64,000 bases of DNA from the IMG/VR virus record IMGVR_UViG_3300045450_000145, positions 32,001 through 96,000 of that record. One strand, given 5' to 3'. The notes under the pieces are model-generated. The model was not told the origin of the DNA. It saw only the letters and a program-made list of their open reading frames with translations, and did no database searches. Numbering within the stretch: the first letter of the stretch is position 1; every line of letters begins with the position of its first letter. Source of the stretch: a virus. The position numbers and the translations under genes are program-made. Shown here in pieces: positions 1 through 9,187 of this stretch.

Positions 1-201
1 GTTTCTAGCATGTATGGCGTCTTCAAGCCCGAGCGACTTGCACGATATGTTAAAGAAACTGAAGAACAGTTCTTGCCCCTCATCAAGGTCCACCGCCGCA
101 AGTTCCCTTATCAGGAAGCAGTGATGGAGAATTTAAAGCTATCGCTAGTGAATCAACTGCGTCTCATTAAGAGCAAGAGAGAAGAACATGACCCAACCTA
201 A
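1..201 (+). CDS. C-terminal part of a probable HD-domain, RelA/SpoT-hydrolase-like protein (5' truncated by window edge)
   Basis: Frame is open from base 1. VSSMYGVFKPERLARYVKETEEQFLPL resembles the helix following the DR-x-x-N motif of SpoT/Mesh1-type HD domains. Catalytic HD residues lie outside the window. Confidence 0.4.
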   Translation, partial: VSSMYGVFKPERLARYVKETEEQFLPLIKVHRRKFPYQEAVMENLKLSLVNQLRLIKSKREEHDPT

Positions 202-646
202 TGCTTTAGGTTTTCAAGATAACATTAGTCTTTCAGTTTATGAAAAGCTGCTTTTTCTGGAGTTTGAGGCAAAGAATCACTATTTCGATGCCAAGAAAAC
301 ACTTGCAAGCATTACTCCTGATAAGGAGGATGAAGGTATTGCATTCTTTGCACAAGATTCAATGGATCGGTGGGAATACACAGCACAAACTTTGCAATTA
401 ATGAATCTTCGTATTGGCGCATGGCATCTCAATAAGACTATGAATTTCTGCTCACAGTGCGAAAGACCAACTAATATTAAGGATTTTCTTCTGTTTTGCG
501 AAGGTCAGGTTAAGGCAGCGTATGCTTCTGTTTATGATGCCGAAGATAATGGAGACTATGAAATTAAGTGTCACAACTACATCTTTACTAAGTTCTACGA
601 GTGGCGAGATTTTTCATTCTTTGCGCAAGGCCTACTAAATGATTAA
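188..646 (+). CDS. hypothetical protein
   Basis: 152-aa ORF overlapping both neighbours; no recognisable motif. Confidence 0.7.
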   Translation: MTQPNALGFQDNISLSVYEKLLFLEFEAKNHYFDAKKTLASITPDKEDEGIAFFAQDSMDRWEYTAQTLQLMNLRIGAWHLNKTMNFCSQCERPTNIKDFLLFCEGQVKAAYASVYDAEDNGDYEIKCHNYIFTKFYEWRDFSFFAQGLLND

Positions 647-1193
647 GTTAATTGTCGCCGTAGACCAAACGAATGCCATCGGCAATAGTGATGGTTCATT
701 ACCATGGAAGTGCAAAACTGACATGGATAATTTTAAGCAGAAAACAAAAAATGGGGTCGTTGTCATGGGTAGAAAGACCTTTGGCACCCTTAAAAGGCCT
801 GATGGTTTGCCCAATCGTATTAATGTCGTAATTACACGAAATACGCATTTGCCATTTTCAGCTAGCATAGTTCAATGTTATGATATTGACCACTTGCATA
901 ATGCCATTAATAACGCTTTTAAAGGTAAAGATATTTGGGTAATCGGCGGGGCTGAAATCTACAAGCAATTTCTAGATCGAAAACTAGTAGATGAGATTCA
1001 CCTCAGTATCATTAACGTTGCAACTGACGCATCTGTTAAATTCCCATATAATCTGATTGATCATTCATCCAACCAGGGTTTCTTTAATATGCAGGCAGAA
1101 TTAGGTGTAAAATGGGACATCGCTGATACTTATCAGCCAGATGAAACATGCGCTTTTATAACGATCAAAAAGGTAAATGATGTCAGTATTTAA
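639..1193 (+). CDS. folA: dihydrofolate reductase
   Basis: LIVAVDQTNAIG, LPW, D..NFK..T, VVMGRKTF, LPNRINVV and WVIGGAEIY are canonical DHFR motifs. Confidence 0.95.
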   Translation: MIKLIVAVDQTNAIGNSDGSLPWKCKTDMDNFKQKTKNGVVVMGRKTFGTLKRPDGLPNRINVVITRNTHLPFSASIVQCYDIDHLHNAINNAFKGKDIWVIGGAEIYKQFLDRKLVDEIHLSIINVATDASVKFPYNLIDHSSNQGFFNMQAELGVKWDIADTYQPDETCAFITIKKVNDVSI

Positions 1194-1668
1194 AAACAAG
1201 GGGTTTGATTCCATTATTGGTAAGGGAATTGAGGTCTATGGCGGCCTCAATATTAGCAAGGGCCAAACTCTAATTATTGATGGCAACTGCTACATGACGC
1301 ATGTCAGGCAGACATCTCTAACTGATGAAGCAGGTAGGTCAGACTTTACGAAGCTGGTGGTAAATGGTATTCTATATCCACAAATTGCTTTAACTTCTGA
1401 TCAAAAGACAGAGCTAAATGTCGAAGTTGATAATGTTACTATTACCGGTACGGTATGTTGCAATCAACTCGTAGTGCCAGGAACTCTCGCCATTAAAAAG
1501 GGTGCAAATGTTTCTGCAAAGGTAATCTATTATCGTAATCTAATTATGGAACCGGGTGCGGCGGTTCACGCAGAGCTTCGTCACATTGACCATTACGTTG
1601 ATCAAGATAAAGTTAACCAGAGTGATAAAGAAGTTGCTGCAGTAAATGCATTAGGTCAGCCAGAATAA
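1177..1668 (+). CDS. bactofilin (polymer-forming cytoskeletal protein, CcmA/DUF583-like)
   Basis: DSIIGKGIEVYG..L.IDG at the start, VTITGTV and GANVSAKVIYYRNLIMEPGAAVHAEL at the end match the bactofilin beta-helix pattern (S.IG.G..I.G ... I.Y..L.IE.GA.F.G); start may be 1180. Confidence 0.75.
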   Translation: MMSVFKNKGFDSIIGKGIEVYGGLNISKGQTLIIDGNCYMTHVRQTSLTDEAGRSDFTKLVVNGILYPQIALTSDQKTELNVEVDNVTITGTVCCNQLVVPGTLAIKKGANVSAKVIYYRNLIMEPGAAVHAELRHIDHYVDQDKVNQSDKEVAAVNALGQPE

Positions 1669-1686
1669 CCGTGAAAGGTATTTAAA

Positions 1687-3651
1687 ATGAGTAAACTCAA
1701 TTCCTTAAAGGCATCCTTCACTGAGAAGTTTGCTAAGCCAGAAACAATGTCTCTAGAAGATTATCTAGAGCTTTGCAAAACCGACAACATGGCATATGCC
1801 ACCGCTGCAGAGCGAATGGTTGAAGCTATCGGTCAGCCTGAAGTTATTGATACGAGCGGTGATCCACGTCTCTCGCGCATTCACTCCAACAAGAAGGTTC
1901 GAATTTATTCAGCATTTAAGGACTTCTACGGCGCTGAAGAAGCTGTTGAGCGTATTGCGGCGTATTTCCGTCATGCCGCAGCTGGGCTGGAAGAATCAAA
2001 GCAAATTTTATATTTGAAGGGCCCAGTAGGCGGTGGCAAGTCCTCACTTCTTGAGCGCCTCAAGGCCCTCATGGAGAAGCACCCAATTTATGTACTGTGC
2101 GATCCAGCGGAAACCGACCCTGAACTAAAGGTATCACCTGTCTTTGAGTCACCACTAGGCCTATTTGACTATAATGACCCAAATCACCAGGAGCTTCTAG
2201 ACGACCTCGGAATCCCAGCGTCATATGTCAATCAAACCGTTCTGTCCGGGTGGGCCCAGCAGAAGCTGCAGGAATTTAATGGCGACGTAACTAAATTTAG
2301 CGTCGTTAAGCTGTATCCTAACAAGGATCGACAAATTGCGGTCATGAAGGTTGAACCAGGTGATGAAAACAACCAGGACGTTTCAGTTCTAGTTGGTAAA
2401 ACTGACCTTCGTAAGCTAGAGCAATACCCGCAAAACCATCCATTCGCATACTCTTATTCCGGCGGGTTGAATAGAACCAACCAAGGTCTGCTAGATTTTG
2501 CTGAAATGTTTAAGGCCAACATTAAGACCCTGAACCCGCTGCTAATGGCGACTCAAGAGCACAATTATAATGGCACCGAAGCTATCCCGTCAATGCCATA
2601 TACCGGCATTATCTGCGCTCACTCAAACGAGTCAGAATGGTTTGCATTTAGAAATAACAAAACAAACGAGGCGTTCTTAGATCGCGTCTTTATTGTTAAC
2701 GTCCCATACTGCTTACGTGTAGATGAAGAAGTTAAGATTTACGAGAAGATGCTCAAGGGCTCCAACCTGCGCGACGCACCAGTTGCACCTCACACCCTCA
2801 ACCTGCTTGCGCAGTGGATGATTCTTACTCGTCTAGTAGCACCGGAAAATAGCACCATCTATGCTAAACTAAAGGTCTATAATGGCGAGAACGTGAAGGA
2901 CACGATGCCAAATGCCAAGCCATACGAAGAGTATCGGGATGCAGCTGGTATTGATGAAGGCATGAAGGGCATGTCAACCCGCTTTGCATTCAAGATTCTA
3001 TCTTCGACATTTGACCTGCGCCCGGAAGAATTCCAAGCAAATCCAATTGACCTAATGTACGTCATTGAAGAGTCAATTCGTAAGGAAGCACTGGAAGAAG
3101 ACCTACTTCGCAAGTACCAAGACTTCATCAAGTCTCACCTCCAACCAAAGTACTTTGAGTTTGTTGAGAAGGAACTACGCACAGCGTATCTTGAATCATA
3201 CAGCTCATTTGGGCAAAATATGTTTGAACATTACGTTCTATTCGCTGAAGCGTGGATTAACGATGAGCAGTGCCGTGATCCAGAAACCCACACTCTGCTA
3301 AATCGCGAAACTCTGAATAAGAAGCTCGAACAAATTGAAAAGGCAGCTGCTATCACTAACGCGAAGGACTTTCGAAACGAAATCGTTAATTACGTCCTGC
3401 GTTATAAAGCTAAGAATGCCGGTCAAACCCCAAAGTGGGACCAGTATGAAAAGATCAAGAACGTTATTGAGAAGCGTATGTTCTCAGCAACTGAACAGAT
3501 CATGCCAGTCATCGCCTTTGGACCAAAGCAAGACAAGGACCTGGAAGAAAAGCACGCTGGCTTCGTGCAGCGTATGATAGAAAAGGGTTATACTGAGAAT
3601 CAAGTTAAGGTTTTAGTTAGCTGGTTTGCAAACAATCGCAAATCGTCGTAA
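1687..3651 (+). CDS. prkA: PrkA/YeaG-family AAA+ ATPase
   Basis: 654 aa; Walker A GPVGGGKS, EPGDENNQDVS.LVGK, YSGGLNRTNQGLLDFAEMFKA, AHSNESEW, GMSTRFA are YeaG/PrkA hallmarks. Confidence 0.95.
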   Translation: MSKLNSLKASFTEKFAKPETMSLEDYLELCKTDNMAYATAAERMVEAIGQPEVIDTSGDPRLSRIHSNKKVRIYSAFKDFYGAEEAVERIAAYFRHAAAGLEESKQILYLKGPVGGGKSSLLERLKALMEKHPIYVLCDPAETDPELKVSPVFESPLGLFDYNDPNHQELLDDLGIPASYVNQTVLSGWAQQKLQEFNGDVTKFSVVKLYPNKDRQIAVMKVEPGDENNQDVSVLVGKTDLRKLEQYPQNHPFAYSYSGGLNRTNQGLLDFAEMFKANIKTLNPLLMATQEHNYNGTEAIPSMPYTGIICAHSNESEWFAFRNNKTNEAFLDRVFIVNVPYCLRVDEEVKIYEKMLKGSNLRDAPVAPHTLNLLAQWMILTRLVAPENSTIYAKLKVYNGENVKDTMPNAKPYEEYRDAAGIDEGMKGMSTRFAFKILSSTFDLRPEEFQANPIDLMYVIEESIRKEALEEDLLRKYQDFIKSHLQPKYFEFVEKELRTAYLESYSSFGQNMFEHYVLFAEAWINDEQCRDPETHTLLNRETLNKKLEQIEKAAAITNAKDFRNEIVNYVLRYKAKNAGQTPKWDQYEKIKNVIEKRMFSATEQIMPVIAFGPKQDKDLEEKHAGFVQRMIEKGYTENQVKVLVSWFANNRKSS

Positions 3652-3660
3652 TTAGAAAAT

Positions 3661-3693
3661 GGGTCTCTGCTAAATAAAATTATGCAGAGACCC
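3661..3693. repeat. 10-bp perfect inverted repeat with 13-nt AT-rich loop
   Basis: GGGTCTCTGC (3661-3670) / GCAGAGACCC (3684-3693); loop TAAATAAAATTAT; no U-tract on the + strand. Confidence 0.8.
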
Positions 3694-3695
3694 AG

Positions 3696-3980
3696 ATGAA
3701 GGATAACATGGCTAAAAATTTACCTGTTTCAATTGCGAAGAAGGTTGCTGATGATAATAACTTGAAACAGGTTATTATACTCGGGTGGGACGGTGAAACT
3801 ACCCACGTCATAACATACGGTCAAACTATCAATGACTGTGATCAAGCTGCACAGGGTGGTAACAAGCTCAAGAGAGTATTGGGGTGGCCCGAATCATTGA
3901 ATGCAAATCCACCACGGGTAGAATCCTTATTAAAGAAAATTGCAGCGCTCGAGGTGCAGCTAAAGGAATTAAATGGCTGA
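3696..3980 (+). CDS. hypothetical protein inserted between yeaG and yeaH homologues
   Basis: 94-aa ORF overlapping the yeaH start; start may be 3708. Confidence 0.7.
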   Translation: MKDNMAKNLPVSIAKKVADDNNLKQVIILGWDGETTHVITYGQTINDCDQAAQGGNKLKRVLGWPESLNANPPRVESLLKKIAALEVQLKELNG

Positions 3981-5286
3981 TAAACCAATTTCCACAACAT
4001 TTATTTTCGTCGATCGTAGAAATACAGGTCGAGGCAAGTCTGTCAATAATAGGCAGAAGCTACTAAAGAGAATTAAAGATTCTATTCGACAATCTAAGCC
4101 AACCGACATCGCAGTTGGGGGTGTAGCCGACGCGGGTAAAGGCGGCGCTTCTAATAATCAAGTTAATCCAATTCGTGTTGCTAGAAATGCACTCGCTGAG
4201 CCTGTATTCCACTACACACCTAACATGGGTGAAAGAGAAATCGTTCTAGTTGGCAATGATAGGTGGCTGAAGGGTGATCAATTCCCACTAAGTGGCCAAG
4301 GTGATAGTGGTGGCGATAGTGATGCAGGGCATGGTGAAGACACTGAGGACGACTATATTGTTAATGTCAGTAAGAATGAATTCTTTGACGTCTTCTTTGA
4401 AGACTGCGAATTGCCAAACATGCAGGAGAATCATGAGAAGGATACGCCTGAAGCAACGTGGCAACGAGCTGGATATCAGAAAAGCGGTAATGCCGGTCAA
4501 CTTTCTGTCATTAGGTCGTTCAAGCAAAGCAAGATGCGTCGGATCGCTCTAACGTCAACCAACAAGAAGCTAATTGAAGAGCTTGAAGAGGAACTCAATA
4601 ATACTGCTGATAAGGATAAAATTGCTGAGATTGAAGCTGATATTATAAAACTCAAGATAAAAAATAACGCAATCAGCTTATTTGAGAATGTAGACTTGCG
4701 ATACTGCAAGCAGGAGAAGGTGCAAGTCAAGACTTCAGACGCGGCTTTCTTTATGTTGATGGACGTGAGTGGCTCAATGGATGAAGAAAAGAAACTTATT
4801 GCGCGGCGTCTTTTTGCATTGCAGTTTGCATTTATTAAGAGAGTCTATCCTAACATTGACATTATTTTTATTGCCCACACTGATGAAGCGCAAGAACTCG
4901 AAGAAGATGAGTTCTTTACAACTAAGCTAAGTGGCGGTACGACTGTTTCTTCGGCATTTAAGCTTATGCATGAAATCATTAAGGAACGATATGATGCAAA
5001 TATCACTAACATCTATGCATCCTATGCCGGTGATGGTGATAACTGGGTAGATGATAATGCAGTCTTAATGAATGAGATTGAAGACAGCGGTTTGCTTTCA
5101 AAGCTTCGCCACGCGGTGTATTCACAAATCAAGGAAGGATTCATCTCCTCATATGGCGGGCAGAATAACTTGTGGAATACTATGCAATCAATTTCTAAAA
5201 GCACAAAAAAGGTGTCAGTGATTAAAATAGCTAGTGAAGACGAAATTTTTGATGCGTTCAAAACTATCTACAAGAGGAAGGCCTAA
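3973..5286 (+). CDS. yeaH: YeaH/YhbH-family vWA-domain protein (DUF444)
   Basis: FVDRR...GKS..NRQK N-terminus; MIDAS MDVSGSM, GGT, YAGDGDNW. Confidence 0.93.
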   Translation: MADKPISTTFIFVDRRNTGRGKSVNNRQKLLKRIKDSIRQSKPTDIAVGGVADAGKGGASNNQVNPIRVARNALAEPVFHYTPNMGEREIVLVGNDRWLKGDQFPLSGQGDSGGDSDAGHGEDTEDDYIVNVSKNEFFDVFFEDCELPNMQENHEKDTPEATWQRAGYQKSGNAGQLSVIRSFKQSKMRRIALTSTNKKLIEELEEELNNTADKDKIAEIEADIIKLKIKNNAISLFENVDLRYCKQEKVQVKTSDAAFFMLMDVSGSMDEEKKLIARRLFALQFAFIKRVYPNIDIIFIAHTDEAQELEEDEFFTTKLSGGTTVSSAFKLMHEIIKERYDANITNIYASYAGDGDNWVDDNAVLMNEIEDSGLLSKLRHAVYSQIKEGFISSYGGQNNLWNTMQSISKSTKKVSVIKIASEDEIFDAFKTIYKRKA

Positions 5287-5287
5287 T

Positions 5288-6805
5288 ATGACAGAAAAAC
5301 TGTGGATAACAAGTAAGACGGACTGGACGCCAGAGTTAATTAAGCAGTCATACGAGGAAATTGAAAAGATTGCTTTAGAGGAAATGGAACTAGAGGTTTA
5401 TCCAAACTCAGTCGAAATTATTTCAGCTGAGCAAATGCTAGACGCATATTCAAGCATCGGCTTGCCAATCCATTACAATCACTGGTCATTTGGTAAGGAC
5501 TTTGAATCTAACTTTAACTCATACTCAAAAGGGCGTCAAGGTCTAGCGTATGAGATTGTAATTAATACTAATCCCTGTATTAGTTACCTAATGGAAGAAA
5601 ACAACATGATGATGCAGGCGATGGTGATTGCCCACGCTGCCTTCGGTCATAACGCCGTATTTAAAAATAATGAATGTTTTAAGCAGTGGACTGAAGCATC
5701 TAACATTATTGACTACATGATGTTTGCACGCGATTACATTCGACAGTGCGAAGAGCGTTATGGTGAAAGCGAAGTTGAGAAGGTATTAGATGCGGCTCAC
5801 GCCCTCGCCCCACATGGCGTGGACAAATTTAGTCGAAAGCATACCCCTCGACTCTCAGAAGAAGCCCGGTTGCAAAAGCTAATTAGTGAAGAGGATGCTA
5901 AACAGAAAGAGTTAGATATTATTCTAAAGCGCACCTCATACAAGGATGTCGACTTAAGTGAGCATGATGATGGGGATAATCCTGAAGAAGAGGAAAATCT
6001 GCTTTATTTTATCATGAAGAAATCTCCATCTCTACCTCAATGGAAAAGAGAAATTATTCGCATTGTCTATAAGATCAATCAGTATTTCTACCCACAGGGC
6101 CAAACTAAAAACCTAAATGAAGGTTTTGCATCCTTTACGCATTATTATATTATGACTCGAATGGAAGAGAAGGGCATGATATCTCCAGATGCATTTATGT
6201 ATTTCTTAGAGAGCCACAGTGGAGTTATCTTCCAGCCTGAATACCACCGCAGATATTATGGTGGCATTAATCCATACGCCCTAGGCTTTGCTATCTTCCA
6301 AGATATCAAGCGCATTTGCGATAATCCAACTGAAGAAGATAAGTATTGGTTTCCTCACCTCATTGGTAAGAGATGGCAGGATGCAGTTAAGGATGCTGCA
6401 TTTGAATACCGTGATGACAGCTTTGTAAGTCAATATTTGTCACCTAAGGTAATTAGAGACCTTAAACTATTTTCAGTTAATATTTTAGTTACTGAAGGTA
6501 AACTTGAAGATGCGGCAGTAATTCAAACTGATGCAGATGGCAATACTCACTCGGCTAGAGCAATTGTAAGTGACATTCACGATGAAGTTGGGTATAGAAA
6601 CATTCGTAATAACCTAGCTAAGAGCTTTGAACGTATTAATTTCGTTCCTCAAATTATGGTTGTTGGGGCAGACTTAGATGGTGACCGCGCACTTAAGCTA
6701 AAGTATAATTCATACATGGGAAGAACTTTAGATGTAGAGGACGCTATACTGGTTACATCCTATATTGATTCTCTCTGGGGCTATCAAGTAGATTTAGACT
6801 GTTAA
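5288..6805 (+). CDS. ycgB: SpoVR/YcgB-family protein
   Basis: HWSFGK, GLAYEIVINTNPCISYLME.N, IAHAAFGHN..FKNN, QTK..NEGFASF.H, NPYALGF; start moved to MTEKLW at 5288 just after the yeaH stop. Confidence 0.95.
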   Translation: MTEKLWITSKTDWTPELIKQSYEEIEKIALEEMELEVYPNSVEIISAEQMLDAYSSIGLPIHYNHWSFGKDFESNFNSYSKGRQGLAYEIVINTNPCISYLMEENNMMMQAMVIAHAAFGHNAVFKNNECFKQWTEASNIIDYMMFARDYIRQCEERYGESEVEKVLDAAHALAPHGVDKFSRKHTPRLSEEARLQKLISEEDAKQKELDIILKRTSYKDVDLSEHDDGDNPEEEENLLYFIMKKSPSLPQWKREIIRIVYKINQYFYPQGQTKNLNEGFASFTHYYIMTRMEEKGMISPDAFMYFLESHSGVIFQPEYHRRYYGGINPYALGFAIFQDIKRICDNPTEEDKYWFPHLIGKRWQDAVKDAAFEYRDDSFVSQYLSPKVIRDLKLFSVNILVTEGKLEDAAVIQTDADGNTHSARAIVSDIHDEVGYRNIRNNLAKSFERINFVPQIMVVGADLDGDRALKLKYNSYMGRTLDVEDAILVTSYIDSLWGYQVDLDC

Positions 6806-6808
6806 AAT

Positions 6809-6832
6809 AAAGGGGACCTAAGGTCCCCTTTT
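6809..6832. terminator. bidirectional intrinsic terminator
   Basis: AAAGGGGACC-TAA-GGTCCCCTTT between convergent genes. Confidence 0.85.
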
Positions 6833-7698
6833 CATTTATATGTTTCCGGCCAACCTTGAGTAATATCAAAAGAGGCTGGATTAACGCTGCTCATTAGTTG
6901 CAGCTTTAACTGCTCAGCATACCTGAAAATATTATTGTTGGCAATAATAGATGCATTGTAAATGTCATTGACCAAGCTCGGCGTTAAGGTTACAAAATCA
7001 CCAGTCATTGTCTTCCACTGCATGTTTGAGGGCAGATTTGACCCTGCCGCATGTAATGCTAAGTATCTAATTAGTGAATCAGTGTCAGTGTGAAACCACA
7101 TGTTATTCACCTTAATTCCACCTGCAACCTTCTTATCGCGTAAAGCCATAATTCTTTCCCACTGCTCGGCTTGAATTACGCTCATTGGTAACACTTGATT
7201 TGGTGCCTCAATAGTTTGTTTCAAGCTATCAGATAATGGAATGTCTGCCGGCCATTCATATGATTGAATGAAATTAAGTTGAGTTGGCCTAGTTGGCCAC
7301 TTTACATTGAATACGTCCTGCTTAGTAATATCTCTTAGCGCTTGTCTATATTCTGTAATTTTACGTTGTGCAACGACATCTAAGCTATTCCATCTATCAG
7401 CAGTAGCTGCAATATCTGTAATGGACAAGAGGTGGTCACGCTGAGTTCTAATATACTCTTCAACCAAAGGTAAAGCGCTTTGCTTGGCCTTAATTAAACT
7501 ATCTCTGCTCATTGCCCCCTCAGCGGCTTCAGGAGTTAAGAAACCACGATTAAAAACTGCAAAGCTTAAGTCGCTTAAAGTTTCATCTGATAAATCTTGT
7601 ACTGACCCCATGTTGCCATAATACTCAGGCAGTTGCATATATGAGATTGCGATCTTATTCTTGAGGTCGCACTCGTAATACCATTTAGAATTTTTCAT
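6832..7698 (-). CDS. tail fibre assembly/chaperone-like protein (Tfa-like segment plus DUF4376-like C-terminal domain)
   Basis: EYRQALRDITKQ..F.NVKWPTRP (Tfa-like); C-terminal GGIKVNNMWFHTD...WKTM.G.FV.LTP is paralogous to 57377..57892. Confidence 0.7.
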   Translation of the reverse strand: MKNSKWYYECDLKNKIAISYMQLPEYYGNMGSVQDLSDETLSDLSFAVFNRGFLTPEAAEGAMSRDSLIKAKQSALPLVEEYIRTQRDHLLSITDIAATADRWNSLDVVAQRKITEYRQALRDITKQDVFNVKWPTRPTQLNFIQSYEWPADIPLSDSLKQTIEAPNQVLPMSVIQAEQWERIMALRDKKVAGGIKVNNMWFHTDTDSLIRYLALHAAGSNLPSNMQWKTMTGDFVTLTPSLVNDIYNASIIANNNIFRYAEQLKLQLMSSVNPASFDITQGWPETYK

Positions 7699-8435
7699 TT
7701 GTCACCTCGATGATCATAAGGGCATTTCATAATAAAGGTCTTCTTTGAAGACAAGAACTTTCTATAATATCTTTTTATTCTTGACGGCATGTTAAACATA
7801 TGCTCGTCTATTTCTTTTATAGTCGCCTTATCACATTCAGCCGTGACGATTTCTCTTTTTAGAGGCAATACCTGTAATAATGGAGCCCCAGCCGGAATGG
7901 TAAATTCACATTCCTTTAAGGGACTAAAGATAAAATTGACTGTGTGGAATTTATCATAATCGACAATGCCAGGATAGACAAATATTTTATCCAGATAATC
8001 AGCATGCATTAAAGCCGGCATGACATATGCAGAATATCCTTCTTCAGCAATAATGCTCCATGGCAAAGGAATCTTCCACGCTGACTTTTCAACGTCAGGG
8101 GTATTTAGCATGCCATCTACAACCTCGTAATTAAATTTAGTTGGATTTAGGCGATGAGCTTGATCTGCAGGTACTGCAGTGCCTTCAACGACAATCATAG
8201 TGCCAGCACTATTGGCTTTAATGTGAATGTCAGTGTGCGCAGTGATGATATACCCAGCGTGAGAATAATCTAGCATGCCAGGGCAATCATGAAATTTTTG
8301 AGAACCTATTTGCTTTCTCAACCACTTAGGTTTAATCCTAGATGCATTCATGACTGGCGTCGCTACCGCAAAATTGCCGATATAAGATTTAAACTTAAAC
8401 GTCGGTTTCTTTTTAAAAATGTCTTTAAAGTTCAT
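7695..8435 (-). CDS. conserved phage protein, DUF6065-like (paralogue of 8432..9187)
   Basis: CPGMLDYSHAGYII, WKIPLPWSI, PGIVDYD, GAPLLQVLPLKR align with the neighbour's motifs. Confidence 0.55.
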   Translation of the reverse strand: MNFKDIFKKKPTFKFKSYIGNFAVATPVMNASRIKPKWLRKQIGSQKFHDCPGMLDYSHAGYIITAHTDIHIKANSAGTMIVVEGTAVPADQAHRLNPTKFNYEVVDGMLNTPDVEKSAWKIPLPWSIIAEEGYSAYVMPALMHADYLDKIFVYPGIVDYDKFHTVNFIFSPLKECEFTIPAGAPLLQVLPLKREIVTAECDKATIKEIDEHMFNMPSRIKRYYRKFLSSKKTFIMKCPYDHRGDK

Positions 8436-9187
8436 TTTCTGTTGGCTCTCACTTCATTAGTGTAGACATGACGGCGTGACTGCTGCTTCTTACCAAGAGT
8501 GTCTGCAAATTCAAACTCTTCTTTTGTCATTTTACGCGGGGTAGCTTTATATTCTAAATCATCACGATGAACAGGTATTACAGTTACTAGTGGTGTGCCG
8601 GCAGAAATAACATCATCGTGATTGTTTATATGCCAAATGGCTGGGAAGTTAACTTGTTTTGCGTATGCATCCGTGTCAACTAATCCTGAAAAACAAGTAA
8701 ATCTCTTCTCGAAGTGGTTTACCGGTGGCATGAAGAAACTTGAAATACCAGGTTTAGTTTTAATAATCCAAGGATTAATAAACTTTATCGCATGGCCCGG
8801 ATATGTCGGCGATGTCTTATTGCCAAGCTGAGATAAAGAGTGAGATTCAATAATAGGCCCTAGCGGATTCTTACCAGCATCGATAATGCTACAGTCATCG
8901 TTGGTTGCAACATTTACATCACCGAATAGCGGAATAATCCACCCGGCCGTCATTGCATCCAACAGCGGCATGCATTTTTTAGCAGACATGCCTTTTGCAT
9001 CAAACTGATCTCTACCAGTATCTACGATTGGTTTGATTGATTTAAACCATGGTGCAATGCATTTGCTGGCAGGTGTAGGGTGAGGAATGACGTCAAATAA
9101 AGCAGGGTCACAGTAGAATTGAATTAAATCATCTTCTGCAACCTTAACTAAGTTTTTAATAGATTTAGTTAAGTAATGCAGCATCAT
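8432..9187 (-). CDS. conserved phage protein, DUF6065-like
   Basis: KCMPLLDAMTAGWIIP, KFINPWIIKT.PG, SGLVDTD, GTPLVTVIPVHR. Confidence 0.55.
   Translation of the reverse strand: MMLHYLTKSIKNLVKVAEDDLIQFYCDPALFDVIPHPTPASKCIAPWFKSIKPIVDTGRDQFDAKGMSAKKCMPLLDAMTAGWIIPLFGDVNVATNDDCSIIDAGKNPLGPIIESHSLSQLGNKTSPTYPGHAIKFINPWIIKTKPGISSFFMPPVNHFEKRFTCFSGLVDTDAYAKQVNFPAIWHINNHDDVISAGTPLVTVIPVHRDDLEYKATPRKMTKEEFEFADTLGKKQQSRRHVYTNEVRANRK

Noticed and set aside
1687-3651. Calling YeaG/PrkA a conventional Ser/Thr protein kinase
   Set aside because: No Hanks-kinase motifs; only AAA+ P-loop features are visible, so it is reported as an AAA+ ATPase
1-6805. Possibility that folA-yeaG-yeaH-ycgB is a piece of bacterial chromosome
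   Set aside because: Continuous gene packing, the same terminator style and direct junction to fibre genes; no housekeeping context. Assembly chimerism cannot be fully excluded without reads.
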